DNA of 64,000 nt from Candidatus Saccharimonadota bacterium (lineage in GTDB: Bacteria; Patescibacteriota; Saccharimonadia; CAILAD01; BJGX01). A program made the position numbers and the translations under genes. Below are positions 58,556-64,000 of this stretch, in pieces (position 1 is the stretch's first letter; every line of letters begins with the position of its first letter). The stretch spans positions 66,667-130,666 of the forward strand of contig JACPPH010000008.1 of NCBI GenBank assembly GCA_016191105.1, read 5' to 3'. Below the pieces are notes generated by a model. The model was not told the origin of the DNA and ran no database searches. It saw only the letters and a program-made list of their open reading frames with translations.

Positions 58556-60372
58556 GCGAAAAGGCGCCAAGAGTATACCCTGAAAGGCCAGGGGAAATGT
58601 CTGAAAGCTTTACTGGGGCCATATCCATCCTTGAAAGACCTCCAGAGATTAACTTGACTTCGGAACAGCTGAAAGGGGTGCGCGAGTTTGAGGCCAAGCT
58701 ATTTAACGCCGAAAATCCTTTCTCTGAAAGTATTAATGTTAAGAGTCCAGAGAAAACACTTAGACAAGCAGAATTAGTAGAGCTAAAGCCAAGTGTACTT
58801 AGCTTAGATTATTTTTTGACACCCGCTGGAGCCAGTTTGCTGCAGGAGGTAACCAACCAAAGTATCAATTTTAGCAGCTTAGATGAGGTTAGACAGTTCT
58901 TTGCAACAGAGATAGCCGGCTACAAACCATCTCAAATCAAAAAATTGCAAGCACCTTCTGATAAATTCGCTCGCAATAAATTGGAGCAGATTGTTTTGGG
59001 CCATGCAAGCGACGAAGAGCCAGAGTTTTTTGGCTTTCTAAGAGCTCCAGAAAAGCTTTTAGAAAAAGCCAAATTTTCAAGTGAGCTAAGACGATACATA
59101 CTAGATGTGAGGCGACACCTAGATGAACTAAAGGACGACCCGCTCTACGAAACCAAAAAAGTTATATTTGATATCTATAGTCAAAGGGTAAATGTTCTCA
59201 GTGCCAGAATCTACCAAGCCGCTATTAAACTGTCTGTGCAAAATGAAGCTAGTGAGGATGACCGATATGGAGAAATACTATCGAGCTTAGAGCAGTACTT
59301 GCCAGGCTGGCGAGGCCAAGAGAGCCCAGAGAAGCGATTGGCTAAATCTCAGGATAGACAGCAACTTAGCAGGTTTTTATCACGACTCGATAAATTTATA
59401 AATGGTGCCTCTGAAAACCAAGGGAGCATCGTAAATCAAGATCTTGTTCGGATGCAGAAAGAATACAATACAAAAGGTCTGCCAGATAGGTTGAAGGACT
59501 TTGAATATTCAGATGTTGACCCCGAGGTTTTAGAAAACACTTTTGTAGATTCCGAAACACTAAAATTCATGGTTGAAATGATTCTAAGACACTATGATCT
59601 TCTAAGCTCAGAAGAAGTTGATTTAGATAAAAGCGAGCATGCTAGCGATTCAAAATGGCAAGTGGTTGTAAGTAATACCCATACAGCCATGTCGGTGGAT
59701 GGGGCAAAAAAGAGGGTTAACATCCCAGCAGATTTTAATAGAACCATTTGTGCCGAAAATCCAGCAGGGGCACTTCCTTTATTAGACCATGAAATGACGC
59801 ATGTTTTTCAGTACGAAAATGCTAGTCGTATTGGACTTAAAATATTCAGTTTTCCAGCAAGTCGCGCTAATCTCTGGCACGAAGCAGGCGCAATGGCCAA
59901 TGAGGCAGCTGCTCAAAAACGACTTTTTGGAAATCAGTATACAGGGCAGGGGTTGTTGCACCTCGCGGCTGTAGAAAAGCGTTTGCGTGGGGGCTCAATG
60001 GCCGAATGTGCTAGAGCTTCGCTTAACGCCTACCTTAAAGTTTTTCCTGATGCCAATAGGCAAGAAGCCGTTAAGAGAGCTGTTAGTAGAGCCATGCGTG
60101 TTTTCCGCCAAGGGCAGGGAATAGTTGAGCACGGCAATTATGTATCTGACAGCGCTTCTTTACACTATGCTGAGCAAAACATATTGAACGAGAAGCTACC
60201 TGAGAATTTGAGACAGTACCAATTTGTGGGCAGGATAAATTTAGATATTCTTGCACAGCTACATCGGACCGGGCTTTTAGGGAATTCAGACTTCGTAATA
60301 CCCAATGAGATGCCGTCTCAGACAGTAGAGAATTTTGTCCGTAATGACGTCTTGAGTCAACCCGCCAAATAG
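58552..60372 (+). CDS. Putative HExxH zinc metallopeptidase (DUF1704/MATCAP-like, inferred)
   Basis: DHEMTH followed about 23 aa later by HEAGA, a candidate third-ligand Glu, in the C-terminal half. Confidence 0.5.
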   Translation: MSEKAPRVYPERPGEMSESFTGAISILERPPEINLTSEQLKGVREFEAKLFNAENPFSESINVKSPEKTLRQAELVELKPSVLSLDYFLTPAGASLLQEVTNQSINFSSLDEVRQFFATEIAGYKPSQIKKLQAPSDKFARNKLEQIVLGHASDEEPEFFGFLRAPEKLLEKAKFSSELRRYILDVRRHLDELKDDPLYETKKVIFDIYSQRVNVLSARIYQAAIKLSVQNEASEDDRYGEILSSLEQYLPGWRGQESPEKRLAKSQDRQQLSRFLSRLDKFINGASENQGSIVNQDLVRMQKEYNTKGLPDRLKDFEYSDVDPEVLENTFVDSETLKFMVEMILRHYDLLSSEEVDLDKSEHASDSKWQVVVSNTHTAMSVDGAKKRVNIPADFNRTICAENPAGALPLLDHEMTHVFQYENASRIGLKIFSFPASRANLWHEAGAMANEAAAQKRLFGNQYTGQGLLHLAAVEKRLRGGSMAECARASLNAYLKVFPDANRQEAVKRAVSRAMRVFRQGQGIVEHGNYVSDSASLHYAEQNILNEKLPENLRQYQFVGRINLDILAQLHRTGLLGNSDFVIPNEMPSQTVENFVRNDVLSQPAK

Positions 60373-60414
60373 ACGCTTGACAGATAGGTGGCATCATAGA
60401 ATAATATCACCACC

Positions 60415-61355
60415 ATGAACCAATCACATAAAAAGCCCAGCAAAAAGATTTTAATTTTCTTTGTACTAAAGAATTCAACTACCTACAAAAACGGACACCA
60501 AAATCTTTTGGAAGGACTAAAGCCGTTTTTAAGCGATTCGGTTGAATTGTTTTATACATTCTACGACGATCTCATTTATTCAATTGTCGATGGAAAAACC
60601 CGCATTTTTGATACCCGCAATGAGGTTGATTTAATAGAATACGACTTTGTGCATTTTCGTTTTTGGCATAAAGCTGCAGAGCAAGCGGCTGCTTGTGCAG
60701 AATATCTTAAACAGTATGGCCGCAAGTTTTCTGACTCTGAGGTTGCTGGATATCGTTCAAAGTCAAAGCAAAGTGAGTATTTTTGTTTAGCCGCTCACAG
60801 CTTACCGGTGCCCAACACGCTCATATGCTCAGAACAACATATTGAACAAGCACTAAAGCAATTTCCTAGATTCCAATTTCCATTAATAGCCAAAGACGTA
60901 GATGCCTCAAAGGGTCGCGATAACTACTTGGTAAAAACCCTCCTTGAGCTGAGAGAAGTTTTTAAAAAGAATCCCGGCATACGATTTGCTATTCAAAGCT
61001 TTATCCCCAACAAAGGTGACTATAGAATCTGGGTCTTTAATGGCCAAGCTGTTGGGGGCTATATCGTACAAGGAGCAATAAAAAAAGCCACTTAAACAAT
61101 ACTTCTCAAGAAGGGTTTAGTTCTTTACTCGAAACCAGAGAACTTGACAAAAAGATTGTACAGCTCGCCATCAAAGCGGCACGTGTAATGCGTCGCGAAG
61201 TTGCTGGTGTGGATGTTATACAAGATCAAGATGGACAGCACCTCTTTTTGCTAGAAGTAAATGGGACACCCCAAATTGATACTGGGAGCATGATCGAGTA
61301 TAAGCTAAATGCCATGGCTCGATACCTGGATTCGGCAGCCGACCCAGGTAGCTGA
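60415..61355 (+). pseudogene. RimK-like ATP-grasp ligase split by a -1 frameshift
   Basis: FPLIAK..ASKG..IQSFI..DYRI in the first frame; SHLNNTSQ..VAGVDVI..LLEVNGTPQ continues in the -1 frame to TGA 61355. Confidence 0.8.
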
Positions 61356-61401
61356 TATAATATTCATAATCTTAAACCAGAGATTAAGCGAGCAACGATT
61401 A

Positions 61402-62331
61402 ATGTTAAAAATGACAACTAAGTTAATATATGACGAGATACTTTTACGCGGCTGGAAAGTGGAGATCTTGGATGAACAAAAGAACTTTCTGCGTTTTTGG
61501 GATGACTCGGGGAAGCACCATTTACTTAAGAATGACAACACTGAGAAAACTAGCTTGATTAATTTCTACATCGCAAAAGACAAGCAAATTACTTATAAAC
61601 TGGCTGCCGACTTAGGCATCCCAATCCCTAATACACTAGCCTTTACAGAAATGGAGGGGGCTGAAGAATTTCTGGGTCGAGAAGGACGGGTTGTTGTAAA
61701 ACCGCAAGATTCTGCGCATGGCCAAGGAGTAACTGCCGGTATTGTGGATGTATCGAAACTGCATACAGCAATCAAATTCGCTCAAGCATATTCTAACAAG
61801 CCATTAATACAGACCCACGTTGAAGGTGATGACTATAGGCTGCTTTATATCGACAAAAAACTGGTTGCTGCAACAATTCGAGAGCCCGCCAGTATAGTAG
61901 GTGACGGCAAACAATCTATCTCTGAGTTGATATTGGCAGAAAATCAAAACCCCAAACGAGGCAAAAACTATGTAAAAGAGCTGAATGTTATCGATGAAGC
62001 CGCTGCCGTGGAGTATCTTGGCGATCGTGTGTCAGAAGTTCCTCGCAAAGATGAGAAAGTTCAGGTGATAGGTGTAGCCAACATGGGTAGAGGTGGTAAG
62101 GCCATAGATGTTACAGACAATGTATCGAGCCAGATGTTAGAATATGCTAGTAAAATTGTGAACTATCTAGATATGGGACTTTGCGGTGTCGACTTTATCT
62201 ACAATACTAAAGATAACCAGATGTTTCTAATTGAGATTAATGCTGCTCCCTCGTTTGGCCTACATGAACATCCTAGTGTCGGCAAGGGCAGAAACGTAGC
62301 AAAATCGTTTGTAGATTGGTTCGCCAAGTAA
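61402..62331 (+). CDS. ATP-grasp ligase resembling the cyanophycin synthetase N-domain / GshF ATP-grasp
   Basis: VVKPQDSAHGQGV, DYRLL, REPASIVGDG..ISELI, ANMGRGG..DVTD, GVDFI, IEINAAP. Confidence 0.85.
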   Translation: MLKMTTKLIYDEILLRGWKVEILDEQKNFLRFWDDSGKHHLLKNDNTEKTSLINFYIAKDKQITYKLAADLGIPIPNTLAFTEMEGAEEFLGREGRVVVKPQDSAHGQGVTAGIVDVSKLHTAIKFAQAYSNKPLIQTHVEGDDYRLLYIDKKLVAATIREPASIVGDGKQSISELILAENQNPKRGKNYVKELNVIDEAAAVEYLGDRVSEVPRKDEKVQVIGVANMGRGGKAIDVTDNVSSQMLEYASKIVNYLDMGLCGVDFIYNTKDNQMFLIEINAAPSFGLHEHPSVGKGRNVAKSFVDWFAK

Positions 62332-62401
62332 GACTTTTAAGGTTGACATGCTTATTAATCATGAGCTAAAATCATGCTTTGATTTTACAGAGAGTCAAAA
62401 A

Positions 62402-62809
62402 ATGCAAACTATTGGTAGAGAAGTAAAGATATCATTGCCCAACCAAAGGCTTTATAATCTGGACGCCAAGGTTGATACCGGTGCTTACCACTCGGCCATT
62501 CATTGTCACGAAGTCCAAAAAAAACTTATCGATGGCAAGACTGTGCTATCAGTTCGCTTCTTGGACCCCGAACATCCGGCCTATCACGAAAAGGAACTCA
62601 TTTTTGAAAAGTTCAAAAAAACAATTGTTACTAGCTCGTTTGGCAATAAGCAGCAGCGCTATATTATTAAGCTTAAGGTCAAAATTAATGATAAAATATA
62701 CATAGCAAACTTCACTCTGGCCAACAGAAGCCGACTAAAATATCCTATACTTCTGGGCCGGACATTGTTAAGAGGAAACTTTTTAGTTGATCCCTCGAGG
62801 AAACAGTAG
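62402..62809 (+). CDS. RimK-associated retropepsin-like aspartyl protease (RimB-like)
   Basis: IGRE..AKVDTGA..SAIH, LANRS..YPILLGR..FLVDP; 62348 is an alternative start. Confidence 0.85.
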   Translation: MQTIGREVKISLPNQRLYNLDAKVDTGAYHSAIHCHEVQKKLIDGKTVLSVRFLDPEHPAYHEKELIFEKFKKTIVTSSFGNKQQRYIIKLKVKINDKIYIANFTLANRSRLKYPILLGRTLLRGNFLVDPSRKQ

Positions 62810-62812
62810 CCT

Positions 62813-63718
62813 ATGAAAACTGTCATTTTATCTAAAGAACCCAAAAGCTACTCCACGCAGACACTACTAAAGGCTGCTAAGAAACGTATGGATGTAGTTA
62901 AGGTTTTGGATTACTCTCGTTGCTACATGGAAATTGAGGCTAGTAAGCCATCTATTTATTATTTAGGTAGGGCCGTGGAAGATGTTGATATTGTAATACC
63001 TAGAATTATTGCTTCGTTTAGCGCCTATATAAGTACGGTTGTAAGGCAATTTGAGATGATGAGGGTATATAGTTTAACCTCATCGTTGGCTGTAGTTCGT
63101 GCATCTGACAAGCTAAGATCGCTGCAGTTGCTGGCTCGCTCAGGGGTACAGATCCCTAAAACTGTTTTTGCACGAAAAACTGCCGATGTCACAGACATCC
63201 TAGATATGATAGGGGGTGCCCCAGTAGTAGTTAAGTTGTTAGAGGGGAATCAGGGTATCGGTGTAGTATTGGCAGAGACACGTAAAGCAGCCCAGTCTGT
63301 GGTTGAGGCTTTTTATGGGGTAGGAGCCAACATTTTGATTCAAGAATATATAGAAGAGGCTCATGGCGCAGATATACGTGCACTAGTAGTTGGTGACGAG
63401 GTGGTTGGAGCTATGCTGCGCCAAGGAGTCGAGGGCGACTTCCGAAGCAACCTGCATCGAGGCGGCACTACACAACCGGTGGAGCTCACCACCAAAGAGC
63501 GCAATATTGCAATCAAAGCCACCAAAACTCTCGGGCTGACTGTGGCGGGGGTAGATATACTTCGTTCCAAACGCGGTCCACTTGTTATTGAGGTTAACGC
63601 CTCACCCGGATTTGAAGGTATCGAGAGCGAAACTGGCATAGACATAGCTGGTATAATCGTGGACTATGCTATTTCAAAATCATCTGGCAAGCGTCGCAAA
63701 GATCGCATTGGTGCCTAA
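62813..63718 (+). CDS. rimK: Alpha-L-glutamate ligase RimK
   Basis: YST..L, IPRI, DKLRSLQLL, KLLEGNQGIGV, DFRSNLHRGG, VIEVNASPG. Confidence 0.9.
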   Translation: MKTVILSKEPKSYSTQTLLKAAKKRMDVVKVLDYSRCYMEIEASKPSIYYLGRAVEDVDIVIPRIIASFSAYISTVVRQFEMMRVYSLTSSLAVVRASDKLRSLQLLARSGVQIPKTVFARKTADVTDILDMIGGAPVVVKLLEGNQGIGVVLAETRKAAQSVVEAFYGVGANILIQEYIEEAHGADIRALVVGDEVVGAMLRQGVEGDFRSNLHRGGTTQPVELTTKERNIAIKATKTLGLTVAGVDILRSKRGPLVIEVNASPGFEGIESETGIDIAGIIVDYAISKSSGKRRKDRIGA

Positions 63719-63739
63719 GTAAGACAGAATTCTCGATAT

Positions 63740-64000
63740 ATGACGTTACCCACAAGTTCTTCAAGAAAAAAATACTATCAAAGGACACTTAAATCGCACG
63801 GTGAAAGCCCCAAGTCCTTACAGTGGGTTAATTATCGTGCTGCCGCACTGCGTTATCACGCACTAGTATCTAGCCTAACCATAGAGGGTAAAAGCATACT
63901 TGATGCTGGTTGTGGCATGGGCGATCTATTGCCTTATCTCTATGCCGACACGGGAAACTTTCAGTATCTTGGGGTAGACGTAACTCCAGAGTTTATTGAC
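63740..64000 (+). CDS. Class I SAM-dependent methyltransferase (3' end outside the window)
   Basis: HGESPKSLQW..SILDAGCGMGDL..YLGVD; open to the window end. Confidence 0.8.
   Translation, partial: MTLPTSSSRKKYYQRTLKSHGESPKSLQWVNYRAAALRYHALVSSLTIEGKSILDAGCGMGDLLPYLYADTGNFQYLGVDVTPEFID

Noticed and set aside
61402-62331. Full cyanophycin synthetase or glutathione synthetase GshF
   Set aside because: Only the ATP-grasp domain is present; the Mur-ligase and gamma-glutamylcysteine ligase domains are missing.
1-64000. CRISPR array or cas genes
   Set aside because: No regularly spaced direct repeats and no cas-like ORF were seen.

Overview
Gene-dense bacterial chromosome segment. It uses the standard code 11: TAA, TAG and TGA all end well-conserved genes. 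The short HrcA, many small membrane proteins, a pilin-like ORF and an S74-chaperone surface protein suggest a Patescibacteria/CPR organism (inference). From left to right: a type II R-M pair (PD-(D/E)xK REase fragment plus MerR-HTH-fused C5 methyltransferase); dapF; ClC and lipocalin genes; an ABC exporter; a de novo nucleotide cluster (large purL, pyrB, fused pyrF-pyrE, pyrD, pyrC, guaB, with an isocitrate/isopropylmalate-family dehydrogenase embedded); a Crp/Fnr regulator facing a class II CRP-box promoter and an unannotated 57-aa ORF; a tail-fibre-like adhesin; malic enzyme; lexA with a GTTC-N7-GTTC box; an RRM protein; all three CAU-anticodon tRNAs (Ile2, fMet, Met); tilS-ftsH-murJ-lepA; and the CIRCE-hrcA-grpE-dnaK-(NUDIX-NYN)-dnaJ operon. 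The window ends in a cluster encoding an HExxH peptidase, three different ATP-grasp ligases (one frameshifted), a RimB-like aspartyl protease and a SAM methyltransferase. Strongest leads: (1) this ligase/peptidase cluster as a candidate write/erase peptide-tagging system; (2) a homologous ~110-nt structured leader in front of two different tRNA genes; (3) the CRP-box-driven small protein; (4) pervasive leaderless promoter architecture; (5) several palindromic repeats, including one inside both grpE and dnaK. All calls come from reading motifs by eye; no database search was run.
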